Source of the DNA: Chloroflexota bacterium
GTDB lineage: Bacteria; Chloroflexota; Dehalococcoidia; Lucifugimonadales; Lucifugimonadaceae
Direction of reading: 5' to 3'
DNA: 64,000 nt
NCBI GenBank assembly: GCA_002719295.1
Contig: PBHC01000012.1
Coordinates: 9,928-73,927 of the forward strand
Shown one piece after another: positions 10,107-19,364 of the stretch (position 1 is its first letter; each line of letters begins with the position of its first letter). The position numbers were made by a program, and so were the translations under genes. A model generated the notes under the pieces. It ran no database searches. It was not told where the DNA came from and saw only the letters and a list, made by a program, of their open reading frames with translations.

Positions 10107-10209
10107 ATAAGATTTTCAAACAGCAGATGAGTTGGAATGTTATTTCAAATTTAAATAAACCTGAAGTAATGCATTTGAATAATTGCTCTAATTGATACAT
10201 AATTTCTAT

Positions 10210-10443
10210 ATGAATAAATCTAGTTATGAATTCTATTCAGAAGCAGTAAATAAACTCAATTCAGTAATTGAAGAAATTCAAATTAAGTGTGATAAAAGAG
10301 GAATTGATTTTTCTTCAAAGGTACCGCCTCAAACTATAAAGAAAGGTGAAATGCTTGTTTCTTTAGGACAATCACATCAGATTCAGAGCTTCGCTTTAGC
10401 TCTTGAATATCTTTATAGTGTAGACATAGAGCTAAATACATGA
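10210..10443 (+). CDS. Hypothetical protein (77 aa)
   Basis: Protein-like ORF in otherwise empty space. ATG at 10210 lies 6 nt after CATAAT, so it may be leaderless. Confidence 0.6.
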   Translation: MNKSSYEFYSEAVNKLNSVIEEIQIKCDKRGIDFSSKVPPQTIKKGEMLVSLGQSHQIQSFALALEYLYSVDIELNT

Positions 10444-10526
10444 ATAAATTTATAGCTACAGCTTTATTTGTTATGACCTCAATGATGATATTAGTTATCT
10501 TTGCATCATGGTTTCTTACTAAATAA
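10440..10526 (+). CDS. Putative 28-aa single-TM microprotein MNKFIATALFVMTSMMILVIFASWFLTK
   Basis: ATGA overlap with the upstream stop; continuous hydrophobic stretch flanked by Lys. Confidence 0.45.
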   Translation: MNKFIATALFVMTSMMILVIFASWFLTK

Positions 10527-10632
10527 TTGATAAACTTGAAAGGTAGCTATTAATATTCCAGCCAGAATCTATTGATAGCTACATAATTTGCCTGTTTTCT
10601 AATTTTCCATAAAAAAGGATACCAAAAATCAT
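10506..10632 (-). pseudogene. Possible degraded C-terminal remnant of an EamA/DMT-like membrane protein
   Basis: IFGILFYGKLENRQIM* followed by a frameshifted ILAGILIATFQVYQLFSKKP*; resembles the last two DMT helices. Confidence 0.2.
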
Positions 10633-10707
10633 CTTAAACCTTTAGAAGAATTATATTTTTAATGTTTAATTGATAGAATTTTTGTATATATCTTGAAAAG
10701 GATTATT

Positions 10708-11025
10708 ATGAGTGAATTGATTCCTAATGTGAGCGTTCAAAAAGAAGCCAATATATATTTTGAAGGAAAAGTAATAAGTACATCAATATATTTTTCTGAT
10801 GGTTCAAAAAAAACCTTAGGCGTAATGCTAAAAGGGGAATATGAGTTTGGTACAGACCAAAAAGAAATCATGGAAATAATGTCAGGAAAACTCGATGTGT
10901 TGCTTCCTAATAAATCTGAATGGATAAGTATAAAAAGCGGAGATATTTTTGAGGTTCCCAAAAATAGTTCGTTCAAATTAAAAATTTATGAAATAACAAA
11001 TTACTGTTGCGAATATGTAAATTAA
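10708..11025 (+). CDS. ppnP: Pyrimidine/purine nucleoside phosphorylase PpnP (DUF1255 cupin)
   Basis: ANIYFEGKV, KTLGVM, YEFGT..KEIMEI, FEVPKNSSF, YCCEY; AAGGA before ATG 10708. Confidence 0.9.
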   Translation: MSELIPNVSVQKEANIYFEGKVISTSIYFSDGSKKTLGVMLKGEYEFGTDQKEIMEIMSGKLDVLLPNKSEWISIKSGDIFEVPKNSSFKLKIYEITNYCCEYVN

Positions 11026-11120
11026 TAAATATTTAAATTTCCGCTTTAGAAGTGTAATAAAAACGTGCTACTACTTACAAGTTCCGTATATAAATAATAG
11101 CACTTAATTATTGTATCTCA

Positions 11121-11227
11121 GAACCAAAAAAAATGACCCTCAAAGCATAATCTAAAGTGGATTAGAGAAAATGTTTTATAGAGGGTCAAATATCCTGTAC
11201 TAGAAAATCTTTTCTAGTAGTCGGCTC
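11121..11227 (-). ncRNA. Candidate structured small RNA (~107 nt); alternatively an elaborate bidirectional terminator
   Basis: Extended -10 TGATAAAAT (11242-11234) lies 6 nt before G11227. There is a TACTAGAAAA/TTTTCTAGTA hairpin and a TGACCCTC/GAGGGTCA stem followed by T8; 5' GAGCCGA can pair with 3' TTGGTTC. Confidence 0.45.
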
Positions 11228-11268
11228 AATATAATTTTATCATATACAAATTTGTAATCTGCATTCTT

Positions 11269-12570
11269 CTAGCTCCAAGTGCGATCATGAGAATCTAAGT
11301 CATCCCATTCTGAAGTTTCATTAAATGCTCCTTTAGGATATATTGAAAACTTGTTTTCCCCTTCATGAACTCCTTCTGAAGCCTTGGCAAGATGCTCTTT
11401 TACAGCCTCTTCATTTAACTCTATTCCTAATCCAGGAGCATCTGTTATATTTACATATCCATCTTTTATCATCGGCCCTTCTTGCCCAACTAATGAAACT
11501 ATATCATTCCACCAAGGGTTATCTACAGAATGCATTTCTAATGCAATGAAATTTTCTATTGTGGCTGCACAATGTACATTTGCCATAGCAACGATTGGTG
11601 ATCCTGCTTGATGCAAAGCAATTGGAATGCCTGCATCTCTACAATAATCTCCAATTTTTTTTGTTTCTAATATACCGCCTGAAGTTGCTAAATCTGGGTG
11701 TGCAACTGAAATGGCCCGCGCTTCGACTAAAGGCTCAAATCCTTCTTTGCAGTAAATGTCTTCGCCTGTACATACAGGTGTATCGACTCTGTTTTTTAAC
11801 ATCTTCCACTGATCCACTAATTGCCATGGGATCATATCTTCATACCAAGCCAATGTAAATTTATCTAAAGCCTTGCCTATCCTGATAGCATTTTCGACTC
11901 CCATATGACCAAAATGATCTGAAGCTAAAGGTATTTCATAGCCAATTATTTCTCTAACTGTTTTTACATATTCTTCCATTTTTGAAATCCCATAATCAGT
12001 TACTTGAATACCTGTAAATGGATGCATAACATTGGCGGTCTCATCAATAAGATTTTTATTTACTACCCCATTCTTAAATTCTGATGCTATCCATAGCCCT
12101 ATATCCATTTTTAAGAATTCGAACCCATTTTCCATTCTTTTTTTGAGAGCATTTCCCATTTCAACAGGATCTTTTTTTAATGGAGTATCTGCATAAACTT
12201 TTATTTTGTCTCTATATTTTCCTCCAGCAAGCATATATGCAGGGACTCCATATGCTTTACCTGCTAAATCACATAATGCCATTTCTACACCGCAAACACC
12301 TCCAGCTAGCCTTCCATGCCCTCCAAACTGTTTAATTTTTTGGAAAATTTTATCGATATCACAAGGATTTTCTCCAAGAATTTTGCTTTTTAAAGATAAT
12401 GCATATCTAGCCGATGCTCCGTCTCTTACTTCTCCAAGACCAACTATGTCTTGATTAGTGTAAATTTTTATGATTGGCCATCGCCATCCTCCGTCTCCAA
12501 TTACTGATATTCTCATATCAGTAATTTTTAGATCTGCAGGATTGGAATATGATTTAATATTATTTGACAT
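11269..12570 (-). CDS. Mandelate racemase/muconate lactonizing (enolase superfamily) enzyme, probably an acid-sugar dehydratase
   Basis: LKITDMR, GLGEVRDG, EMALCDLAGKA, FLKMDIG, DHFGH, WYED, TGED, HPD, PGLGIEL. Confidence 0.88.
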   Translation of the reverse strand: MSNNIKSYSNPADLKITDMRISVIGDGGWRWPIIKIYTNQDIVGLGEVRDGASARYALSLKSKILGENPCDIDKIFQKIKQFGGHGRLAGGVCGVEMALCDLAGKAYGVPAYMLAGGKYRDKIKVYADTPLKKDPVEMGNALKKRMENGFEFLKMDIGLWIASEFKNGVVNKNLIDETANVMHPFTGIQVTDYGISKMEEYVKTVREIIGYEIPLASDHFGHMGVENAIRIGKALDKFTLAWYEDMIPWQLVDQWKMLKNRVDTPVCTGEDIYCKEGFEPLVEARAISVAHPDLATSGGILETKKIGDYCRDAGIPIALHQAGSPIVAMANVHCAATIENFIALEMHSVDNPWWNDIVSLVGQEGPMIKDGYVNITDAPGLGIELNEEAVKEHLAKASEGVHEGENKFSIYPKGAFNETSEWDDLDSHDRTWS

Positions 12571-12576
12571 GATTTA

Positions 12577-13383
12577 CTACTTTCTATTTTTTTTCCAATT
12601 TTCAAAATCCCTGTTCATTTCATCAGAAAACTCTCTATCTACCTCTCCTGGAGTATATTTTCCTTCCATAATCCTTTGTTGCCCAAATTCATCTTTTAAC
12701 CTTACATTCTCAGACGATAAAACTACCTCCTCTACTAAATGCGGTGGAATAAAGATAACTCCTGACTTTGTTCCTAAAACTACATCTCCAGGAATACATG
12801 TCGCTTCCCCAATTCTGATAATACCATTTATTTCAGGCATACTAACGTCATTGATTGCACTTGGGTCAAACCCTCTAACGAAAGCATTGAAATCTTCCAT
12901 TTCATAAATTCTTTGAGTGTCTCTGATTCCTCCATCTATTACCATTCCAGTTCCTGTTTTCGATTTAATTGCCGTGGTTAGATTGTCTCCTGCAAAAGTT
13001 CCATCAAATACTTTTCCAAATAAGTCCACAACTATTAAATCATCATTTACTAATTCATCAATAACCCAAGAATTTTGGAAACCTATTCTTTTTTCCTCTT
13101 TTCCTTGTTTTTCAATTGCTTCATTGAGATCAGGTCTTTTTGGTACCCATCGGCATGTTACGGCTCTTCCTACAATTACTCTGTCTGGGTGCAAGTTATT
13201 CCAATTTCCTGCAAATTGAAAATGATATCCATTTTTTCTGCATGTTCCCCAAGCCTCTTCAGTAGTTACTAATTTCATTCTTTCAATGAGATCTTTTGGA
13301 ACTAAGGGCCTTAAATTCTTATCTCTATCTCCATTCCATGAACTTGTTATTGATTTTATGATTTCTGGATTAGTTAGTTTCAT
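12577..13383 (-). CDS. RraA/HMG-aldolase family protein
   Basis: GRAVT, VVDLFG, GDNL, VIDGGIRD, PGDVVLG, GVIFIP. Confidence 0.82.
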   Translation of the reverse strand: MKLTNPEIIKSITSSWNGDRDKNLRPLVPKDLIERMKLVTTEEAWGTCRKNGYHFQFAGNWNNLHPDRVIVGRAVTCRWVPKRPDLNEAIEKQGKEEKRIGFQNSWVIDELVNDDLIVVDLFGKVFDGTFAGDNLTTAIKSKTGTGMVIDGGIRDTQRIYEMEDFNAFVRGFDPSAINDVSMPEINGIIRIGEATCIPGDVVLGTKSGVIFIPPHLVEEVVLSSENVRLKDEFGQQRIMEGKYTPGEVDREFSDEMNRDFENWKKNRK

Positions 13384-13405
13384 TTTTTCCCTTTTTATTG
13401 TCTAA

Positions 13406-16400
13406 TTAGTTTGAAATATTTTTAAATTTTTCAATTATTTCATTTTGAATGTTTATCATTTTTTTTATCAATACTTCTGTCTCTTCTAAAACCTTTTCAG
13501 AATCCTCAGGTATAAACAACATAGTTTTTGATTTGATATCTATATTTTCATCTATATTATTTTCAAGAAAAACTTTTATATCAAGAAGGCTGTCCTTAAA
13601 TTTTATTGTTACCTTATCTTTGTTTCCTGTAATTGAAATAATATTTTTTGATTTATGGCATAGAATTTTTATTCTGGTTATTATAATTAGCCTATCTAAT
13701 TCAACAGGTATCTCTCCAAATCTATCCTCAATCTCTTTCTTGATTTCAATTAAATTACTTGTTTCTCTAATTTTAGATAAACGCATGTACAAATTAAGTC
13801 TTATTTTAATGTCGTCTATATATTCTTCAGGGATTCTTGAATCTATATCAATGTCCACTGTATTAATCAGAAAAAAACCTAAAGCTTCTTCGTTTCCATT
13901 TTTTAGAGAATCTATAGCTGATTCTAATAAAGAATTGTATAGTTCAAGTCCAATTGAACTAATATTTCCACTTTGTTCCTTCCCTAAGATATTTCCTGCG
14001 CCTCTGATTTCTAGATCTCTTAGTGCTATATCGTATCCACTTCCAAACTCAGCTGTATTTATTAATGCGTTCAATCTTTGCTCAGATAAATCATTTATCC
14101 TGGAATCTTTTGGAAGAAGAAAATAAGCATGTGAACTTTTTTCACTTCTCCCTATTCTCCCTCTCATTTGATAAAGTTGAGATAAGCCAAATTTATGTGA
14201 ATTATTTATAAACAATGTATTAACATTTGGCATATCAATCCCAGATTCAATAATTGTTGTGCAAACAAGTACGTCAAATTTATTTTCCATGAAGTTTGTA
14301 ATAATTGTTTCTAGTTTCTTTTTATCCATTTGACCGTGAGCAATCTCTATTTTTGCTTCAGGTACGATTGTCTTTATTTGTTTGGCTATAATTTCTATAT
14401 TGAAGATTTCATTATTTACAAAAAAGACTTGTCCTTTTCTCTCCATTTCTCTTAATATTCCTTCTCGAATAAGAGCATCCGAATAAACTGATAGATAATT
14501 ATTTACAGGAATCCTATTCTCAGGAGGAGTATTTATCACACTTAGGTCTCTTACTCCATTTAGAGCTAAACTTAAAGTTCTTGGGATTGGAGTAGCACTT
14601 AGACTTAAGATATCAATATCAATCTCTCTCTTCTTTATTTTTTCTTTTTGTTCAACTCCAAATTTATGCTCTTCATCTATTATTAGTAAACCTAATTTAT
14701 TAAAATCAATTTTTTCGTTTAGTAACTTATGAGTTCCAATAACTATATCTACGTTTCCAATATTTAAATTATTTAATATCTCATTATTTTTTTTGTTTGA
14801 AACAAATCGAGACATATATTCTATCTTTATAGGAAAAGGCTCAAACCTTTCCTTAAAAGTTTTATAGTGCTGAAGGGCTAAAACTGTTGTTGGTACAAGG
14901 ATTGCAACTTGATAACCATTTTCTACTACTTTGAAAGCAGCTCTAAGGGCTACTTCTGTTTTTCCAAACCCAACATCTCCACACAGTAATCTATCCATTG
15001 GATTATTTGATACTAGGTCTTGATTTATTTCTTCAATAGATTTTCTTTGATCTGGAGTCTCATCAAACTCAAAAGACTCTTCCAAGACTTTGTACCAATC
15101 TGTACTTTTTTTATAACTTTTTCCTTTGATATTCTCTCTAGCTGCATAGATTTGAAGCAACTCTCCTGCAAGTATTTCGATAGATTTCTTTACCTTGATC
15201 CTGGTTTTAATCCATTTGTTAGATCCTAAAGTGTCAAGAGTAGGTTCATTTTTTTGAAAAGATTTATATATCTGAATTCGATCAATTTGATCCGAAGGTA
15301 CATACAACTTATCTTCATTTTTATACTCTAAAACAATAAATTCTTTATCAGAAGTACCAATCTGTATGGTTCCTGTAAATTTTCCAATTCCGTGATCTAT
15401 ATGCACCACATAATCATTTAATTTAAATGGTTCTGATGAAATACTGGATGGCATATTATTAGAATATGATTTGAATACTCTTTTTTTCTTTCTCCCAAAA
15501 ATCTCTTTATCAGTTAATAGCAATAATGACTCATTTTTACTCCTGATCCTGAATCCTTCACCTGCGTTTTTTGAAACGATATTTATTTTATCTTTTGAAA
15601 ATGTTTCTATATTACTAAAAATTTTTGTTTTATCTGAACCAATAATCTCTTTTATTCTTGAAGGGTAATCTGTTGAAATTATTATTTTTTCGTTTTTATT
15701 TTTTGAATCAATATATCTAAATATATTATCTTTTTTAAAATCAAATATTTTTGGAATTACAAAGTCTATATTTTTTGATTTTTCCCCCTCAGTCTCTCTT
15801 TGATTAAGTTCTATGGTAGTTTTTTTAGCTAATAAACATTTCAGGACTTCATTTTTAGTCATATAAGGTATAGGAAACCTTTTTTTTACAACTTTTTGAT
15901 CAATCTTATATAAGTAGTTTTCGTTTCTTTTTTTATCTATAATATTTAATTCTAAATCAACATTGTGGGTTTCAATTTTTACTATCAGTGTTTCATTTTT
16001 CATATAATCAAATAATGACCCATTATCAAAAAAACCTGAATAAAAGTTAATCAATTCATCGCTTTCTCTTCTTCTAATCGATTCAAAATTTTCTATTATT
16101 TTTTCTTCTTCTTTTATTTCAATATCATCAAAAAAAATTCTGTTACTATTTTTTATTTTTGTTAAATCTTGGAAAACATTTGTTTCTTGAACAGGAGATA
16201 TTATAATATTATTTATATTTTTGTAAGATTTTTGAGATGATGTTTCAAATATCTTTATGCTTTCAATTTCATCATAAAAAAAGTCAATTCTAATGGGATT
16301 TTGCTCAGATAGACAAAATAAATCAACAATATCGCCTCTTTTTGCAAATTGTCCAACTGATTCAACTATAGAAGCATTTATATATCCAGCTCTTATCAAT

Positions 16401-16888
16401 GAATCTATAAAATCTTTTTGACTTATTTTATCTCCTATTTTTAGATTCATTGAAAGTTTTTCAAAGTTATCTATGGAAAGAGTTTTAGTGCTTAGAGATT
16501 GGATAGATGTACAGATAATAGGTGTTTTCTTTTGAAATTCACCTGTAAATAATCCTTCCAAGCATCTCATCCTATCTTTTATACTTTTGTTATCGGGTTT
16601 GTATTTTTCTAGAAAAATTTCGTTTCTTTCAGAGAAATTTAAATTTGAAGTCGTGCTACTCCAAAAGTTAATGCTGTCTAGAATTTCTATTGATTCTTCT
16701 GGATTTGATGTGATAACTATTGTTGGGACATTAAATAATTTACTAAGTGTTGAAATTATGTAACCATAGCTTGATTTACTTGATAGTAGTTTTTGAGGTG
16801 TTTTTTTACGCAAATCACTAACCACATTTGAAAATGCGGGGTTATTAAGTAAAAACTCGTGAATCTCTATCAAATGATTCGATTTCAT
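13406..16888 (-). CDS. mfd: Transcription-repair coupling factor
   Basis: UvrB-like module, CarD-like VVHIDHGIG, GDVGFGKTEVA, DEEH, SATPIPRT, QMRGRIGR, RDLEIRGAGN, TRCF C-terminal domain. Confidence 0.96.
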   Translation of the reverse strand: MKSNHLIEIHEFLLNNPAFSNVVSDLRKKTPQKLLSSKSSYGYIISTLSKLFNVPTIVITSNPEESIEILDSINFWSSTTSNLNFSERNEIFLEKYKPDNKSIKDRMRCLEGLFTGEFQKKTPIICTSIQSLSTKTLSIDNFEKLSMNLKIGDKISQKDFIDSLIRAGYINASIVESVGQFAKRGDIVDLFCLSEQNPIRIDFFYDEIESIKIFETSSQKSYKNINNIIISPVQETNVFQDLTKIKNSNRIFFDDIEIKEEEKIIENFESIRRRESDELINFYSGFFDNGSLFDYMKNETLIVKIETHNVDLELNIIDKKRNENYLYKIDQKVVKKRFPIPYMTKNEVLKCLLAKKTTIELNQRETEGEKSKNIDFVIPKIFDFKKDNIFRYIDSKNKNEKIIISTDYPSRIKEIIGSDKTKIFSNIETFSKDKINIVSKNAGEGFRIRSKNESLLLLTDKEIFGRKKKRVFKSYSNNMPSSISSEPFKLNDYVVHIDHGIGKFTGTIQIGTSDKEFIVLEYKNEDKLYVPSDQIDRIQIYKSFQKNEPTLDTLGSNKWIKTRIKVKKSIEILAGELLQIYAARENIKGKSYKKSTDWYKVLEESFEFDETPDQRKSIEEINQDLVSNNPMDRLLCGDVGFGKTEVALRAAFKVVENGYQVAILVPTTVLALQHYKTFKERFEPFPIKIEYMSRFVSNKKNNEILNNLNIGNVDIVIGTHKLLNEKIDFNKLGLLIIDEEHKFGVEQKEKIKKREIDIDILSLSATPIPRTLSLALNGVRDLSVINTPPENRIPVNNYLSVYSDALIREGILREMERKGQVFFVNNEIFNIEIIAKQIKTIVPEAKIEIAHGQMDKKKLETIITNFMENKFDVLVCTTIIESGIDMPNVNTLFINNSHKFGLSQLYQMRGRIGRSEKSSHAYFLLPKDSRINDLSEQRLNALINTAEFGSGYDIALRDLEIRGAGNILGKEQSGNISSIGLELYNSLLESAIDSLKNGNEEALGFFLINTVDIDIDSRIPEEYIDDIKIRLNLYMRLSKIRETSNLIEIKKEIEDRFGEIPVELDRLIIITRIKILCHKSKNIISITGNKDKVTIKFKDSLLDIKVFLENNIDENIDIKSKTMLFIPEDSEKVLEETEVLIKKMINIQNEIIEKFKNISN

Positions 16889-16959
16889 AATCAGATAAAA
16901 TATATTTTATTAGAAAATTATTTTTTTGTTTAATAAAAAAGATATGAATTGATACTTTA

Positions 16960-18096
16960 ATGACAAATATAGATAAGAAAAGAATAATAATAAAAATTGG
17001 AAGTAACCTAATTACAGAAAATGAAAATATATTAAATGATTCTGTAATTGAAGATTTATGTAATCAAATTTCTGCTATACATGATAAAGGTTTTCAGGTT
17101 ATTGTAGTTTCTTCAGGAGCTGTAGCTGCAGGTAGGCAATACTTAGGTATTTTGAATAAAGATATAAAATTTAATGATTCGCACCTTGTTCAAAAGCAAG
17201 TTTTAGCTTCAATAGGACAGCCTTTACTTATGAAAGCGTATGAAAAATACTTTTCAAATAATTTAAAAGGAATTTCTCAGGGGTTACTTTCACGAGAAGA
17301 TTTTGAAAATAGGTCTGGTTATCTAAACATTAGAAATACTCTTAACGAATTATTAAGCGTGGACATAATTCCAATAATCAATGAAAATGATGTTGTCTCT
17401 ACAGATGAATTAGAAGACAAGGCATATGGGGACAATGACCGATTATCTGCTATGGTTGCAAACGCAGTTGATGCTGATGTTTTGATCTTACTTGGTACAA
17501 TTGATGCTCTTTATACATCAGATCCAAACTTTGATAAAAATGCAAAAAAAATCAAAATAGTTGACAGTATCTCTGAGGATATAATAAGTTATGCAAAAGG
17601 CCCATCTGACAAAGTAGGATCTGGCGGAATGGCATCAAAAATTCAAGCTGCGAATATTGCTATAAATTCAGGTATAGATATGTTCATTGCACCTGGATAT
17701 GAAAAAAATGTAATACTTAGAATAATTTCTGGAGATGATATTGGTACAAAATTTGTTGCTAAAGAATCTCTTAAAGAATCTAGGAAAAGATGGTTAATGA
17801 CAGGTTATTCTTCTTCAAAAGGAGAAGTAATTTTAGATGAAGGTGCAATTAAAGCAATTGAAAATTCAAGCTTGCTACCAGCAGGGATTTTAGACGTTTC
17901 AGGAAATTTTGATAGAGGGGATATTATTGGATTAAAAAACTTAGAAAAAAAAATTATAGGTTGGGGCATAGCTAATTATTCTTCCGTAGAAATAAGTAAA
18001 ATTAAAGGTATGAAAACCAAGGATATAATTAACACTGTTGGTAAAAATTTTGGTTCAGAAATAATTCATAGAAACAACTTAGTTATAACAATTTAA
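16960..18096 (+). CDS. proB: Glutamate 5-kinase with PUA domain
   Basis: IKIGS, VSSGAVAAG, PIINEND, GDNDRLSA, GSGGMASK. Confidence 0.95.
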   Translation: MTNIDKKRIIIKIGSNLITENENILNDSVIEDLCNQISAIHDKGFQVIVVSSGAVAAGRQYLGILNKDIKFNDSHLVQKQVLASIGQPLLMKAYEKYFSNNLKGISQGLLSREDFENRSGYLNIRNTLNELLSVDIIPIINENDVVSTDELEDKAYGDNDRLSAMVANAVDADVLILLGTIDALYTSDPNFDKNAKKIKIVDSISEDIISYAKGPSDKVGSGGMASKIQAANIAINSGIDMFIAPGYEKNVILRIISGDDIGTKFVAKESLKESRKRWLMTGYSSSKGEVILDEGAIKAIENSSLLPAGILDVSGNFDRGDIIGLKNLEKKIIGWGIANYSSVEISKIKGMKTKDIINTVGKNFGSEIIHRNNLVITI

Positions 18097-18101
18097 AGCA
18101 T

Positions 18102-19358
18102 ATGTTAGAAAAATTAGAAAAAAAATTAATAGAGGTAAAGAAATTTTCTTCAGATTTATCATTAATTGATTCTGAAAAAAGAAAATTATGCCTTAGCATA
18201 TTGTCTTCTAAGCTTATTTCAAATAGTGCAAAAATTATTGAAATAAATTCTAATGAATTAAAAAATGCATCTATAAATGGAATTGAAAACCATGTTATAG
18301 AAAGAATGAAAATTACTGATTCTACGATTTCTAGAATGGTTGATTCTTTGGAAAATGTATCAAATTTAGATGATACTGTCTTAGAAGTAATAGACTCCAA
18401 TATAAGAGACAATGGACTTGTAGTAAAGAAAGTTAGGGTTCCTTTAGGAGTTCTAGGTGTTATTTTTGAAAGCAGGCCAAATGTAGTTATAGAAATTGCA
18501 TCTTTAGCAATTAAGTCTGGTAACGGCTTGGTTATGAGAGGAGGAAGTGATTGTATAAAGACCAATTTAGCTCTTTTTGAACTTGTTTCTGAATCTATGA
18601 AAGAGGCGGGATTGCCTGAGAAATCAATGTATTTTTTAGATTTTACTGATAGAAAAGCAGTAGATATTATTTTATCAATGGATAAATATATTGATTTGCT
18701 TATACCTAGAGGATCTTCTTCTCTTGTAAATTTAGTGAATCAAAAAGCAAAAATGCCATCAATTACAGGAGGAGTGGGAGTTTGCCATACATTTATTGAT
18801 AGTAAAATTGACACGAAGTTAGCATTAAGTGTTCTTGATAATGCAAAAACTCAAAATACTTCAGTTTGCAATGCATTAGATACTATAATTATTCACAATG
18901 AATCTTTAGATATTATAAATCCTTTATTTAATTTATTTTTAGAAAAAAAAGTTGAAATAAGGGCAGATAAATATTCGTATGAAAAATTTAATGAAAAATC
19001 AAAAATTAAATTAGCTTCAAAATCTGATTTTGGAGAAGAGTTTCTTGATTTAATTGTTAGCATAAAAACTGTAAAAAATATTGATGAAGCTATTAGTCAT
19101 ATAGAAAAATTTGGCTCAAAGCATTCTGAAGCAATAATAACTAATGATGAAAAACAAGCAAAATATTTTTTGGACAGAGTAGATGCATCTGCAGTTTTTC
19201 ATAATACATCTACTAGATTCAACGATGGATTTGAACTAGGCTTAGGAGCTGAAGTTGCTGTTTCAACAGATAAATTACATGCTAGAGGCCCAATGGGTAT
19301 AAATGATTTAATGACCTATAAATGGGTGGTAACAGGAGAGGGACAACTAAGGTCTTAG
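18102..19358 (+). CDS. proA: Gamma-glutamyl phosphate reductase
   Basis: VPLGVLGVIFESRPNV, VCNALDT, HSEAI, STRFNDGFELGLGAE, KLHARGPMG. Confidence 0.96.
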   Translation: MLEKLEKKLIEVKKFSSDLSLIDSEKRKLCLSILSSKLISNSAKIIEINSNELKNASINGIENHVIERMKITDSTISRMVDSLENVSNLDDTVLEVIDSNIRDNGLVVKKVRVPLGVLGVIFESRPNVVIEIASLAIKSGNGLVMRGGSDCIKTNLALFELVSESMKEAGLPEKSMYFLDFTDRKAVDIILSMDKYIDLLIPRGSSSLVNLVNQKAKMPSITGGVGVCHTFIDSKIDTKLALSVLDNAKTQNTSVCNALDTIIIHNESLDIINPLFNLFLEKKVEIRADKYSYEKFNEKSKIKLASKSDFGEEFLDLIVSIKTVKNIDEAISHIEKFGSKHSEAIITNDEKQAKYFLDRVDASAVFHNTSTRFNDGFELGLGAEVAVSTDKLHARGPMGINDLMTYKWVVTGEGQLRS

Positions 19359-19364
19359 ATTTTT

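Noticed and set aside
11121..11227. tRNA, SRP RNA, CRISPR repeat or MITE interpretation of the structured region
   Set aside because: No cloverleaf or T-loop, no SRP motif, no repeat-spacer periodicity, and no second copy or target duplication seen in the window.
13449..14126. 225-aa + strand ORF
   Set aside because: Entirely antisense to mfd, Ser/Ile/Phe-rich with no motif; a shadow of codon bias.
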